Shown: positions 37,940-51,279 of the stretch, in pieces
Layout: the number at the start of each line of letters is the position of its first letter
How positions within the stretch are numbered: the first letter of the stretch is position 1
Assembly (NCBI GenBank): GCA_964016885.1
Contig: OZ024752.1
Coordinates: 32,054,001-32,118,000 of the forward strand
Reading direction: 5' to 3'
Source: Eledone cirrhosa
Lineage: Eukaryota
Length of the DNA stretch: 64,000 nt
Notes under the pieces: generated by a model
What the model saw: only the letters and a program-made list of their open reading frames with translations
The model's database searches: none
Told to the model about the DNA's origin: nothing
Made by a program: the position numbers and the translations under genes

Positions 37940-38429
37940 TATGAAGAGAGAAGAAACATTTAGATATAATTAGTAATAAAATGTATCATACCTAAACTGC
38001 TCCTAAATTCCTCGACTACGTAGTTTCGTGGCATAAACAAAAACAATATATCAAAGATATAGAGTCCTTGCGAGGTCTGCCGACTTATCAAGAGGATACC
38101 TCATTTTACTAGTCTCAAGAACGCGTCTACACGACGTGAGAAAGAATCCCAAAAGGCGGAGGGGGAGATAGTCACGCGATATAACGGTCGAGAAACAGAG
38201 CTAAGCCTCTTATAACCACGAAGAAAATACCACGGAGGCGGAGGGGGTATTCATATCGAGGCCGTAGAAGAGGTAGTGAAGAAGGCGAGAAGTATGAGTA
38301 ATGGAAGCTTTCCAGTTGTCCCCACACTTCAAAGATTGCTCGACCAGAGGGAGTTATTAACAATATATTTAGAAACACACAGATACATGCGGACACACAT
38401 ATATATACATGAATGCATCCGCACCCAAC

Positions 38430-38430
<1 letters not shown>
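37936..38430 (-). mobile_element. dispersed partial monomer of the 591-bp unit (hammerhead 38009-38096)
   Basis: Few substitutions relative to 25050-25540. Same 3' junction (CTTCATAATGT into AT repeat) as at 26711. Confidence 0.9.
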
Positions 38431-38461
<31 letters not shown>

Positions 38462-38467
38462 GTAATA

Positions 38468-38580
38468 ATAATAAATTTGAAGACTGAAATCCAAAGAGGG
38501 CTCGATAAGGATACATATATATATATCAAATATATAAGAACCGTAGAGCAAATATTTATTAAAATAACAGATTAATTTAA
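38468..38580 (+). repeat. small dispersed repeat shared with 30-142 (minus)
   Basis: GAAGACTrAAATCCrAAGAGGGCTCGATAAGGATA...TAAAATAACAGATTAA at both places. Confidence 0.65.
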
Positions 38581-38607
38581 TAAATATTTTAATTTAATAA
38601 TTATTTT

Positions 38608-38654
<47 letters not shown>

Positions 38655-38658
<4 letters not shown>

Positions 38659-38765
38659 CGAAGGAAGTGTGGTAAGGAACCAGGTGGACAATAACGCACC
38701 AGAGTACTCGATACTTTGGGTTGTAGAGTGGGTAATAAGAAAAGAGTCGTGACCCTGATTCTTTT

Positions 38766-38770
<5 letters not shown>
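38655..38770 (-). mobile_element. family E 3' tail with very short inverted arm
   Basis: Reverse complement matches the tail of 9101-9291. Confidence 0.75.
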
Positions 38771-38799
<29 letters not shown>

Positions 38800-39285
38800 A
38801 ATAACAGGAGGCTGGACTGGTGTAAATCCTTGAAAAGTTTATTATGCTATGATCATTTAATGACCGGGTTCCGTATGAATCCGTTGATATCATCAGGTAT
38901 TCGGAATATAGAAAATCCATGGGTCCGAAAAACAGAGACAGAGAGGACGACTGACCAACTAGCTGCTTTCACCTCGGTCAGTTGCCCTCAAGTCTCTCTC
39001 TCTCTATATATATATGTTTGATTCTGCTTATGTGAGAATATGTGTGTTTGTACGCGTGTGCGTATAATTACTATGTGCAACTTCATCAATGAAAATTTAA
39101 TGAAGATAACGAATAGAAAGTGTAAAGTGATTGAAGAAAGCTTTTAGCAGTTCTTGATATCTGACACCTCATTTGGTTATAACGGGAGACACGCTAACAT
39201 TTCCTTCATCTGAAGATTTGAACCACCTGAGATTTCAGCAGAAAATTACACCGTTAGGCATTGTGTATATTGTGATAATTATATG

Positions 39286-39390
<105 letters not shown>

Positions 39391-39466
39391 CTATGTATAT
39401 ATATATATATGTATATATGTGTGGGTGTATAATCTTCACTATATTCAGTTTCTTTATATATATTTA

Positions 39467-39535
39467 TAGGGTGTCCCCCGAAATGTAAACACGTATTAGA
39501 ATGCTATTGAAGTGTGTATACATTTTTCGGGACAC
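39467..39535. mobile_element. tiny Tc1/mariner-type MITE remnant; relative at 46330-46417
   Basis: TIR-like AGGGTGTCCCCCGAAATGTAAACAC / GTGTATACATTTTTCGGGACAC. Shares TATTAGAAT.CT.TTGAAGTGTGTATACATT with the reverse complement at 46331. Confidence 0.6.
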
Positions 39536-39922
39536 AAGGTTTTCTGCAGATCGCACGTGCGATCTGCAGAAAACCTTAGTTAGTCACAAACAGCGAACAG
39601 CAGAGGACACGTACCGTTCCTCTCCGACAGATAACCCCCGGAAAACCCCCCAGTTGATGGATGCGAATCCGAAATATAGGGACAATTAAATCTCTCCCAA
39701 GGTAACTCTATCTCGTGTTATTATTTTTATTTGTTACGCTCTTTCCTACGTTCCTCTACACAGTATACATATCATTCTACATTCCCTTACATCTCTCTCT
39801 TCACCACCGGATCCTGTTACAAGGAGACTTACCCCTCTGCATTGTTGAGGCTTCCAAAACGACCAAAAGAAAATAAATCTTATTATTCCACAATGCTTCG
39901 AGCAAACTTCAATACTCTCTTT

Positions 39923-39959
<37 letters not shown>

Positions 39960-40371
39960 ACATACACCAACAGGATTTTCCATGCTGAAGGACTAAAAAG
40001 GCCCAAGTTGAAATGAGTACACGTTTGATATTAATTATGGTTAATCTAGTAAGAATAGATTAATTATTATAGCTTTCAGCTTAATAAAACTCCTTTCATT
40101 TTATTCTAATATATATAAAGATCATCATATTTAATAATCTAGATTCAGATTTTAGCCCCATAGTTGCAATAGATTGATCTGCTAGAAACTTCAGCTAAAT
40201 CTCCATCAAATCACACGCTACTGGCCGTAATTAGTTGGCTACTATATTCTTACCCTACATTTAAAAAATAGCAGCTAAATCTCCCTCCATTCACATCCTG
40301 CTGTTTTGATTCAAGATAGATATATTAATATTAATACAACACCTTCACCCCAACCCCCATGTTAATCACTA

Positions 40372-40846
40372 CAACGGTCATTCTGGAAAGTTCATTGAGT
40401 GATTATGAATGAGCGATGCTAGGGATGTGAAATCTTGCATGCATTAATTTCAACTATTCTTATTAATAACTGCATTGTTTCTTTCCAGGGACTATGTTGA
40501 AAAATAAACCTCATTTGGTCATTCCATGAGAGTACCTTGGTCGGGCTAATGCTAGAGCTGTGAAATCTTGCATGCATTAATTTCAACTATTCTTATTAAT
40601 AACTGCATTATTTCTTTCCAGGGACTATGTTGAAAAATAAACCTCATTTTGTCAGTCCATGAGAGTACCTTGGTCAGCCTATGAAGGGCTAATGGTGGAG
40701 CTGTGAAATCTTGCATGCATTAATTTCAATTCTTCTTATTACTAACCGCACTATTTTTTCCTAGGGACTATGTTGAAAAATAAACCCCATTTGTTCATTA
40801 CATGAGAGCATCTTGGTCAGCCTATGAACTTTTCAGCCGACCGTCG
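40372..40846 (-). mobile_element. mariner-type MITE with triplicated internal unit (133/143 bp), TA target duplication
   Basis: TA-CAACGGTC..GAAAGTTCAT ... ATGAACTTTTCAGCCGACCGTCG-TA. Three copies of GTGAAATCTTGCATGC... Confidence 0.8.
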
Positions 40847-41248
40847 TAATATCATCTTTGATCATACGTATGTTCAATATGAACTAATCTGATCAGAACA
40901 GGTGGAAAACAACACTTCTTTTGAATTGCTTTAACTAAATTCGATATCAACTCGAATTCAATAACAAAATTGACATAATATTTTTGATGTCCAAACTTGA
41001 TTATTTGAGTCGACTTGAGACACGTTAAAATTCGGAATATCAAAGTCGGTGTTAATTCTGAATACGAGTTTCAAATAATATAAATGTTGTGTTACTTTTG
41101 ATTTTTTCGTTTCATGATCTGACAGAAATCTTCATCGAAATAGACGGCCAATCGTATTTTTGTGTGAGGAGGGAAGAGGTTATATCTTTATATGATCTGG
41201 TATGTGTTTCTTTTAAGTAAGTAAAGTGAGATATATTAAATAAAAGTA

Positions 41249-41736
41249 CAAGGGTCAGCTGAAATGTTCATAGGCTGACCAAGATACTCTCATGGAATGA
41301 CCAAATGAGGTTTATTTTTCAACATAGTTCCTGGAATGAAACAATGCAGTTATCAATAAGTATTGTTGAAACTAATACCTGCAAGATTTCACAGCTCTAG
41401 CATCTCTCCTTCGTAAGCTGACCAAGATACTCTCATGGAATGACCAAATGAGGTTTATTTTTCAACATAGTTCCTGGAATGAAACAATGCAGTTATCAAT
41501 AAGTATTGTTGAAACTAATACCTGCAAGATTTCACAGCTCTAGCATCTCTCCTTCGTAAGCTGACCAAGATACTCTCATGGAATGACCAAATGAGGTTTA
41601 TTTTTCAACATAGTTCCTGGAATGAAACAATGCAGTTATTAATTAATTAGAATTGTTGAAATTAATGCCTGCAAGATTGCACAGTTCTAGCATCACTCCT
41701 TCATAGTCAGCCTATGAACATTTCAGCCCACCCTCG
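41249..41736 (+). mobile_element. mariner-type MITE, same family, three 143-bp units
   Basis: TIRs CAAGGGTCAGCTGAAATGTTCATAGGCTGAC / GTCAGCCTATGAACATTTCAGCCCACCCTCG. Units start at 41274, 41417 and 41560. Confidence 0.85.
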
Positions 41737-42477
41737 AAGCTGGTCAATCTTTCTTTCGGGTTATATGTTTATATGATCTAGTATATAATCCTTTGTAGTA
41801 GGTCCAGCGAGAGATATAGAATAATAATAAGTCCTTCAGTTTGTGGATTTGAACATGGAGACAGTCATTTTACATCAAAACAGCAGTAGAAATATGACCA
41901 TGAAACATACTGTGATTCAATGAAAGGTAAACACAGAGGATGTATTTATAAATACCAATGAAAACAAGTAGAAAGAAAGACAAATATATATATAGAAAAA
42001 CTTCAGGAACGTGTAGTAGTGCTCCAACAACTGAAGTACTATAACAGTTTGGACAAACTAAAAACCTAAAATAAGATATAATGACAATCGCCATACTTGT
42101 AAGTAATGTATTTGTGTTTATAACCTGTGCAAATATGCATAATATCTCAACCGAAGCGTTAATATCAGAGTATCGTGATATTTTATACATTCTTAATATC
42201 CTGAATTGTATGTGAAATGTCATGGCACATGACAGTAAATCTATTTCAATGTTGCTTTTATTACTTTAATACACTTTGATTTCAAGAAATATAAGACATT
42301 TGGTTACTAAAGTTACTAATGCCTCATACAGGAATAAGTCTCTCTTTGACGAAACTTTACAGATACTAAAATATCATTTGGAAACATTTATTTGTCACTG
42401 CTCATCTAAGAGTCTTATGGTTATGTAAGGAACTTACTGAAGATAGTCTGTCAGGTTTAGTGATATTAAACTTCGAT

Positions 42478-43130
42478 TGAGTGCTGGACGCCATGCTTTG
42501 CAGCATAGAGTTACGGCCCTTTATGATCTGAGTTCAATTGAGTGCCGGACAACATGCTTTGCGCCATAGAATTTCGACCCTTTATGTTCTTAATTTCAAA
42601 TCAAGCCAAGGTTATATTTGCATTTCATCCTTGCGGGAGGGTAACATAAATTACCAGTAATGCACTGGGGTCGATTTAATCGACTTTCCCCTCCCCCAAA
42701 ATCGTTGGACTTGTGCCTAAACCAGAAACCATTATTATTATTATCATCTACGTTGAGGGCGGTAGATTGGCAGTATCGGTAGAGGGTCGGACGCCATGCT
42801 TTGCAGCATAGAGATACGCCGCTTAACGGTCTGAGTTCAAATCCTGCCTAGGTTAACTTTGCCTTTCATCCTTACGGGGTCGATAAAATAAAGCACCAGT
42901 AATGCACTGGGGGCGATATAATTGACTTTCCCCTCTCCCCAAAAATTATTGGCCTTGTGCCTGTACTAGAAACAATTATTATCATATACGTTCAAATCCC
43001 GCCGAGGTTAATTTTGCCATTCATCCTTACGGAGGCGATAAAATAAAGTATCAGTGACGTACTGGGGTCGATTTAATCGGCTTTCCTTTCCTCCAAAATT
43101 ATTCGCCTTGTGTCTAAACCAGAAACTATA
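42478..43130 (+). mobile_element. cluster of three family-1 SINEs
   Basis: B-box, central block and tail at ~42480-42740, 42755-42982 and 42990-43130. Confidence 0.88.
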
Positions 43131-43849
43131 AGGTTGTTTGATATCAATCACAGAATAACTATATTTACGTTCTTCTAGCTCCAAACAAACATAAACACTC
43201 ATACATGTTTACCACACCTATACTCAATCTACTAATATAGCAAAACTTGAAAGGAGAAATCCATTATTGTGATACCTTCCATTGAGTTCAGCTGTACTTG
43301 GAAAATAAATACAAATACTCAAATTCAAATTATTGACTTTAAATATTTCAGCATTAATTTTACCAGACAAAGAGTAATTTAATATTCTATCATCATGTGG
43401 ACGTTATGAGATCCATTTATAAAACATGATTTACTATTGTTTATTATAATGACCTCACAACATTATATTTTCATTTCTAAGACAAGATTCAATCGATTGT
43501 TCTTTCTATACATCAGTTTGTCTATAATTTGCTTTTAATTTGTAATTTGCGTCTTTTATTAATTGCTGGGTATACTAAAATATATTCCATTTCTATAGAA
43601 AATCCATTATTGGAAAGTAAAATATTCCGCGTTGTATTACTTATATATATTTATATATCTATCTATCTGTGTGTGTGTGTTTATATATATATATATATGC
43701 CTGTGTGTATGTATATATATATATGTGTGTGTGTGTGTGTATGAAGTCATCCATCGAGTTAACTCTCACTCCCTCATTTCTTCCATCCATCTTACGATCG
43801 ATCAATCAGTTTCTCCCCCCTTTTCTCTCGATATATAAGTACACACGTA

Positions 43850-44720
43850 CATACACATAAAAACACATACACACACACACATATAAACACACACACACAC
43901 ACACACATATATATGTGTATATATATATATGTGTGTGTGTGTATATATATGTGTGTGTATATATATATATGTGTGTGTGTTGTGTATATATATATATATA
44001 TGGTGTGTGTATATATATATATATATGTGGTGTGTGTGTATATATATGTGTGTGTATATATATATATGTGTGTGTGTTGTGTATATATATGTGTGTGTAT
44101 ATATATATATGTGTGTGTGTTGTGTGTATATATGTGCGTATATATATATATATGTGTGTGTTGTGTGTATATATGTGTGTGTATATATATATATATATGG
44201 TGTGTGTATATATATATATATGTGGTGTGTGTGTATATATATGTGTGTGTGTATATATATATGTGTGTGTGTTGTATATATATATGTGTGTGTATATATA
44301 TATATGTGTGTGTGTTGTGTGTATATATGTGTGTATATATATATATGTGTGTGTGTTGTGTGTATATATGTGTGTGTATATATATATATATATGGTGTGT
44401 GTATATATATATATATGTGGTGTGTGTGTATATATATGTGTGTGTATATATATGTGTGTGTGTGTTGTGTATATATATGTGTGTGTGTTGTGTGTATATA
44501 TGTGTGTGTATATATATATGTGTGTGTGTGTTGTGTGTATATATGTGTGTATATATATATATATGTGTGTGTTGTGTGTATATATGTGTATATATATATA
44601 TATATATATGGTGTGTATATATATATATATGTGTGTGTGTTGTGTGTATATATGTGTGTATATATATATATATATGGTGTGTATATATATATATACGTGG
44701 TGTGTGTATATATATATATA
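43850..44720. repeat. compound (TG)n/(TA)n microsatellite with higher-order periodicity
   Basis: Direct inspection. Confidence 0.95.
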
Positions 44721-44941
44721 AAACAGAATATCCATTATTTTTAGCTGTTTGTAATGAAAACCAAAGCGTTGCAATTACCATCGCTATCTATCTGCCATTC
44801 CTGATAGTTTCCTCATCCAAGAAATCAATTGTTTGTCTATCGGATTATTCCATCCAAACTGTAAAGTACATTTTATTTTCCGGAATTTAATACTGAGAAC
44901 CGCATCTGATCGACTTATACGGAAACTATTACTGTCAAATG

Positions 44942-44973
<32 letters not shown>

Positions 44974-45065
44974 GTGTCTCTACTCGTCCTGTCGTGTGAG
45001 GCTGTCATTTATAACAAAGACACATAATCAATGACTTTCACTTACCGAGAAATATTAATATTAAC

Positions 45066-45258
45066 ATCTATGAGCTTGGCTGGTCACGCTTGGGCATCCA
45101 GCTCGCATCAGTTGGAGACAGTTGCTTTTGACAGGAGCCGCTGGAAGTAGTGTTTAAGGACGACACTCTCAGGATTAAGTGGGCGAAGGAGAAGAAGAAG
45201 GAGAAGGAGGAGGAGAAGGAGGAGAAGGAGAAGGAGAATAATAATAATAATAATAATA
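45066..45258 (+). mobile_element. short LINE (RTE-like) 3' remnant with GA-rich tail and (AAT)n
   Basis: LGIQL../ETVAFDRSRWK motif typical of RTE ORF ends. Confidence 0.55.
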
Positions 45259-45420
45259 AAATTGTTTCTACTTTTGGCACAAGGCCAGCAATTACCCAGT
45301 ACATTACTGTAAGGATAAAAGGCAAAGTTTACCTCGACGGGATTTGAACTCAAACCGTAAAGGGACGTAACTATGCTAGAAAGCATGGCGTCCAACCATC
45401 TACTGAGACTGCCAATTCAC
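45258..45420 (-). mobile_element. family-1 SINE
   Basis: Reverse complement of the consensus (GGATTTGAACTC). Confidence 0.85.
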
Positions 45421-45696
45421 AATATAGCACATAATAGTAGAGTTCACTGTTTGAGCCAACGAGGAGTGCTCTGTGTAGTAGCTTAACCTTTAAAAAATAG
45501 CAGAAAAATATTTTTTCTCAGAAAATTGGAACTTTACGTCAATAACTCTGTTTGATTCATTTTGGAATGACAAACAGAAACACGGTAACAAACAGACATC
45601 ATGTTTTGGTTATGCTTCAAATCTGAGATTTTGTAATATATAAAACAAAAACGTGCGGGTGTCGGAACGTAAAAATATTACTGTTGTTAATTACAA

Positions 45697-46063
45697 TTGG
45701 CAGTGTCGGTAGAAGGTCAGACGCCATGCTTAGCAGCAAAGAGTTACGTCCCTTTACGATCTGAGTTCAAATCCCTCCGAGGTTAACGTTGCCTTTCATC
45801 CTTACGGGTTCGATAAAATAAAGTACCAGTAATGCACTGTGTTATTGCTGGCCTTGTGCCAAAAAGTAGAAACAATTAATTATGTATCGGTAGAGGGTCG
45901 GACGCCATGCTTTGCAGCAAAGAGTTACGGCCCTTTATGGTCTGAGTTCAAATCCCACCTAGGTTAACTTTGCCTTTCATCCCTACGGGGTCGATAAAAT
46001 AAAGTACCAATAATACACTGGGATAATTGCTGGCCTTGTGCCAAAAGTAGAAACAATTGATTA
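45697..46063 (+). mobile_element. head-to-tail family-1 SINE dimer
   Basis: Two consecutive copies, each ending GAAACAATT.ATTATGTA. Confidence 0.88.
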
Positions 46064-46235
46064 TGTAAGATCAATTACTTTAAACAAATAAAATATATTA
46101 CACATACATGTTAGGACAAATGAAACGTAAAGGCATCTACCTAATTTTCTTAACCTCTCTCCGCCAAGTATATTATCTCTCTCTCACAACCTCTTTCTCT
46201 TTCTCTCACGGTCATTAACTGATGATGATAATGAT

Positions 46236-46333
<98 letters not shown>

Positions 46334-46509
46334 GTATACACACTTCAACAGTATTCTAATAAATATTGCTTGTACAGGCAATCAATGTGTGTAAACATTT
46401 TTGGGGGAACGCCCTGTATATATATCTATATATATACAGAAATACACTCATGTATTCGGCTCTACGCACGATGACACCTCTGGGATCGCTAACCCACTCT
46501 CATCGAGAA

Positions 46510-46915
46510 AGAGACCGGGTGATGCGTTGTGTCCTTGAGCAAGACACATTATTTCACGTTGCTCCTTTACGATCTGAGTTCAAATCCCGCCGAGGTTGAC
46601 TTTGCCTTTCATCCTTACGGGGTCGATAAAATAAAGTACCAGTAATGCACTGGGTAATTGCTGGCCTTGTGCCTAAAGTAGAAACAATTATTTCACGTTG
46701 CTCCAATTTACGCAGCTGTAGAAATGAGTTGCGACGTCACTGGTGCCAAGCTGTATCGGCCATAGCCTTGCCCTTGAACATTAGCAGTTGCGTGGAGAGG
46801 AGAGGCTGGTATGCATGGGCGATTGCTGGTCTTCCTCAAAAACAACCTTGCCTGGACTTGTGCCTCGGAGGGAAACTTTCTAGGTCATTAGTGACCGAAT
46901 GGGGTCTTCGATATA
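46510..46915 (+). mobile_element. family-2 (CORE-like) SINE interrupted by a 5'-truncated family-1 SINE (46566-46690)
   Basis: GTGTCCTTGAGCAAGACAC core. Duplicated TATTTCACGTTGCTCC flanks the insert. Confidence 0.8.
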
Positions 46916-47766
46916 TAAAGAACAATTGCTCTCGAATCAAGCTAATCTTGCAAAGATAAGCTAAGCTCAAATGTGTTGAACCATACAGAATTTGTCTTAT
47001 ATATTTGTATTTTTTGGGGTGAATGTTATCTTTCCATCTATTTTTGTCGGGTGGTGAGTGTGTTGTGTCATTTGTAGTTTAAACAAATCGACCCAGTACT
47101 AACGATGCACTACAAGACCCCCATTATATCGATTGTGGTTCTTAAAAAGATGTTTAAAGTTCAGAAATGCTTCGCTGCTTACGGACAGCAGTTTGATCAT
47201 CCATTGCCATTTAGGACATTCAAAGAAATTTCTTTTGAAGATGTTATTTCTGGAAATGTTATTAAATGGTTTTTGTGGTCAGATGTTGCTATATATATAT
47301 GTCTTTTGTAGATTTTGTTTAAAAAGTTTGTAACGATTGTTCATCTCTTTGATTTTTTTTTTGAGATAGGTTTTGTATGAAATTAGAATATCTTTTTGTT
47401 CCATATATAGAGACATACATTCATTTGTGCATACATACAAACACAAAAATAAACATAAACACGCACACACATATAGACATATTATATTGCATATTATTTA
47501 TACACACACACACACACACACACACATACACATATATATATATATAAACAAATGCTATTGAATGATTTTTGTGGTCAGATGTTGCTTTTGTTTAAAAAGT
47601 TTGTAACGATTGTTCATCTCTTTGATTTTTTTTTATTGCATGCCCATATATGGACTGAACCCCTTGATAAGTTCACCTAGGTCCCTGCCGTCCTAATACT
47701 ACTGGTTTAGTTCGCATCTAGCTGTCGAAATGGCCGGAGCTCAGCCGTCGGAGTCCTGACTCTTTT

Positions 47767-47819
<53 letters not shown>

Positions 47820-48267
47820 CTTGCACTTTATAACATTCTCTTTATTAGCGATTCTCGCCCTGTTGGAGCAGTATCTCTCCCTTTCTCTGCAACCTTGTCA
47901 ATCAGTATTGCATCTACCAATGGAGATCCATTTTATTTTGGTGTGTGTCTGTGTGGAGGGTTTACACTGTAGCATGTCCTTTCTTTATTTATTTATACAC
48001 CTACAGCATTAAACGAGATATAGATCTAACAACTCAAACCATGCACCAACTTATGTTTCACTGCTTGCTGAGGATTTACTTTTTAGTTTTAGTATTGGTC
48101 ATTGTCTCACATGTCTCTGCTATATTTTAGGCTTAGATAACTTGCTCGCGAAACCATTGACCTGCAACCTTTCGTAGGTTAATGTTAGATATGTATAGCG
48201 TTGTGTGTCTGGTTACAAACCTAGGATTCCTATTTTTATTGGAATCACCGTTGATTATCATATTCGT

Positions 48268-49360
48268 AGGGCGGTAGATTGGCAGTACCGGTAGAGGGTC
48301 GGACGCCATGCATTGTAGCATGGAGTTACGCTAGAAACAATTATCATATTCGTTTCCCATGTGACCCCATCTTTAAAGTGTTAACTCCATATTGTCTTTC
48401 CAATTTATATATGTAGTCTAAACTAAATAACTCTTTCTACTTTTGCCACAAGGCCAGCAATTATTCCAGTGTATTACTGGTACTTTATTTTATCGACCCC
48501 GTAAGGATGAAAGGCAAAGTTAACCTCGGCGGGATTTGAACTCAGAATGCCAAGGGCCATAACTCTAGACCGCAAAGCATGTTGTCCAACGCTCTACCGA
48601 TTCTGCTAGAGGAAATATTTAATAATTGTTTCTAGTTTTGGCACAAGGCCAGCAATTATCCCAGTGTATTACTGGTACTTTATTTTATCGAACTCGTAAG
48701 GTTGAAAGGCAAAGTTAACCTCGGTGGGATTTGAACTCAGACCATAAAGGGCCGTAACTCTTTGCTACAAAGCATGGTGTCCGACCTTCTAACGAGACTG
48801 CCAATCCGCCGTCTAAACTAAATAACGTCCTATATTTTGGTTGCACGTCAACGTCTAGAAATTAAATTCACTGGGTCAGAAACGGATGATGAGGTGGTTA
48901 TATTTGATTGCCTATAATTTTATCTGACTAATAATTATTTTGTGCCTGAAAATGAAATCAATATAGTTGTAAATTAACAATTTTCATAGTCACAATATGT
49001 GTGATAAAAAATGTGATTTATAATCAATATCATCAATAGCGGTGAATCAATAAATCGCTTTTCATCACCCAAGGTTTTTTAATGAATGGATTAAACTACA
49101 TTTCGGATGAAATACATACATACATACGTCCATACGTGCATATGTTTGTGTATGTATGTGTATATGTATATATAGATATGTATATATGTGTGTGCGTATG
49201 TATGTGTGTGTGTATATATATATATAGAGAGAGATTTTTTTTCTTCTATTATTATTATTATTGTCGTTACTGTTTCATCCTTACAGGGTCGATAAAATAA
49301 AGTACCAGTAATACACTGGGATAATTGCTGGCCTTGTGCCAAAAGTAGGAACAATTATTT
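48268..49360. mobile_element. family-1 SINE copies: 48268-48345(+), 48430-48610(-), 48620-48812(-), 49270-49360(+)
   Basis: Consensus motifs on the stated strands. Confidence 0.85.
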
Positions 49361-49407
49361 TTGTTTTTTATCCTCGTGCAATGGCCATACTCGATAACGA
49401 GGAGGCA

Positions 49408-49456
<49 letters not shown>

Positions 49457-50152
49457 CGTGTGTGCGTGTATATTATTTTACTATATGCTTCAATGAGCGA
49501 TCTTAAAGGTGATTAGAGGTATATGAATTTAGCTATGTAGTATCAAATAAACAAACCAATATAAAATGATTTCTATTAAATGATTTCTATTAAAATGTGT
49601 TCGCTTTATTAATTATTGATGTAGTATTCTTAATAATACACTGGAATCCAGAAAAACATGCCTCAGGCTATTGAGAGAGATAGAGAGCGGTGGGGGGGGG
49701 GGGAGAGAGAGAAGATTGAAATGGATGAAGTAGACTAGACTGAAAGGGAAAATGTTGTCAATAAGAAACCTAATGGAGTGGAAGAAAAAAAATGAATCAG
49801 ATGAAGAAATAATTTGATATTCTGAGTTAAAGCTACTGCTTAGTTTGACTTCGCTTTTTTATTAGTATAATATAATAATTAGTACTTGTCATGTACTGGG
49901 GTCCATTAAATCGATTATATGTCCTGTTCCCTGTTGCCAAATATATAGAGAAATGTAGCAGAAACAAAGGAAGACCAACATTCTTTGCAGAACCTTCTAG
50001 TTGCTTTGCAACAGAAGTTCTCGAAGTGGGAGCTACCGCCATGAGGTTGGGAGGCGTTGAGAAGCTCCAGGGGGCGCTGGGGCTTAAGGGGCGGAGGAGG
50101 GTGGTAGAGATGATATAATAGTATATTAAATATCAAATGATATATATATATA

Positions 50153-50990
50153 TCTCACTTTCTGTTGCTTAAACCATTTTGTTTGTTCACCCTAACGTTC
50201 TCTTTATTTACGTGTCCCAACGACTTTTTTTAGCCGTTGTTCGCACCAACCTGAGGTATATGGCCCTTAAAGCGATGAAATGCCTAGGACGGTTGGAGGG
50301 TCACTGATGAAGGACTCACTTTTTTATATGTAACCCATTTGCAACGCCGCAGCTCCATTATTATCATATTTACACATATATTTTTTCCTCTGCTGCCACC
50401 CGTCTGTTTCGTTCTTTGTATCTTTACCCTTTCTAGCAGTCTCTCTCTCTGTTAGCCTCTTCCTCAACTTTCACTCACTCATACCCTGTCACTACCTCTC
50501 CTCCACTCCTCTTTCTTCCCGCTTGACCTGTCCGATTTCTTTTCTCGCGCACTCTTGGCCAAGCCGGTATGAATTTTTTTTCTCTCTCTCTCTCGTCTGC
50601 GTCTTCACAGAACTTATGTTTACCGAATTCGCAGACCAGACCCCTTCTTCTTCCCTCCGTTAGACCTGTGCGAAATTCCTTCCTTGCTCACATTTCAACC
50701 AGGTCTGATGGTCTTTATTCTCTAGTTCACGATTTTATCGAGTTTATATTCATAGAAATCTGGGACTTGTCTCTTTCTTCTCACTTTCTGTTGCTTAAAC
50801 CATTTTGTTTGTTCACCCTAACGTTCTCTTTATTTACGTGTCCCAACGACTTTTTTTAGCCGTTGTTCGCACCAACCTGAGGTATATGGCCCTTAAAGCG
50901 ATGAAATGCCTAGGACGGTTGGAGGGTCACTGATGAAGGACTCACTTTTTTATATGTAACCCATTTGCAACGCCGCAGCTCCATTATTAT
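50153..50990. mobile_element. TA-flanked element with identical ~210-bp terminal direct repeats (period 626 bp)
   Basis: 50154-50364 is repeated at 50780-50990. (TA)n on both sides. No ORF. Confidence 0.75.
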
Positions 50991-51026
<36 letters not shown>

Positions 51027-51029
51027 TAT

Positions 51030-51150
51030 GAAGGCGTGTGACTGAGTGGTTAGAGAATTGGATTCGCAATCGTGAGGTTGGGAGTTCGATTCCTGGAACA
51101 GGCGATGCGTTATATCCTTCAGCAAGACACTTTATTTCACGTTGCTCCTT
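51030..51150 (+). mobile_element. family-2 tRNA-derived SINE head; older relative at ~59065-59185
   Basis: A-box TGACTGAGTGG, B-box GAGTTCGATTCC, then TCCTTCAGCAAGACACTTTATTTCACGTTGCTCC. Confidence 0.8.
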
Positions 51151-51279
51151 CTACCTGGAGTTGAGACCCGTAGATAGTACTAGCTACTGGAAAGTCCAAC
51201 GGAAACATTGTTCCCTCGGTCCGATTTGACGAAAGTCGATCGTTCCATTATATATATATATATAGTAAAATAAGAAACA

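Noticed and set aside
42755-42860. tRNA gene
   Set aside because: A/B boxes belong to the SINE head; no cloverleaf, and it continues into the SINE body.
44775-44870. Possible minus-strand exon (TTTACAG...GTAATT)
   Set aside because: Stops in all three frames and no supporting neighbouring exons.
50064-50077. CTCF-like motif GCTCCAGGGGGCGC
   Set aside because: A single imperfect motif match cannot be supported without chromatin data.
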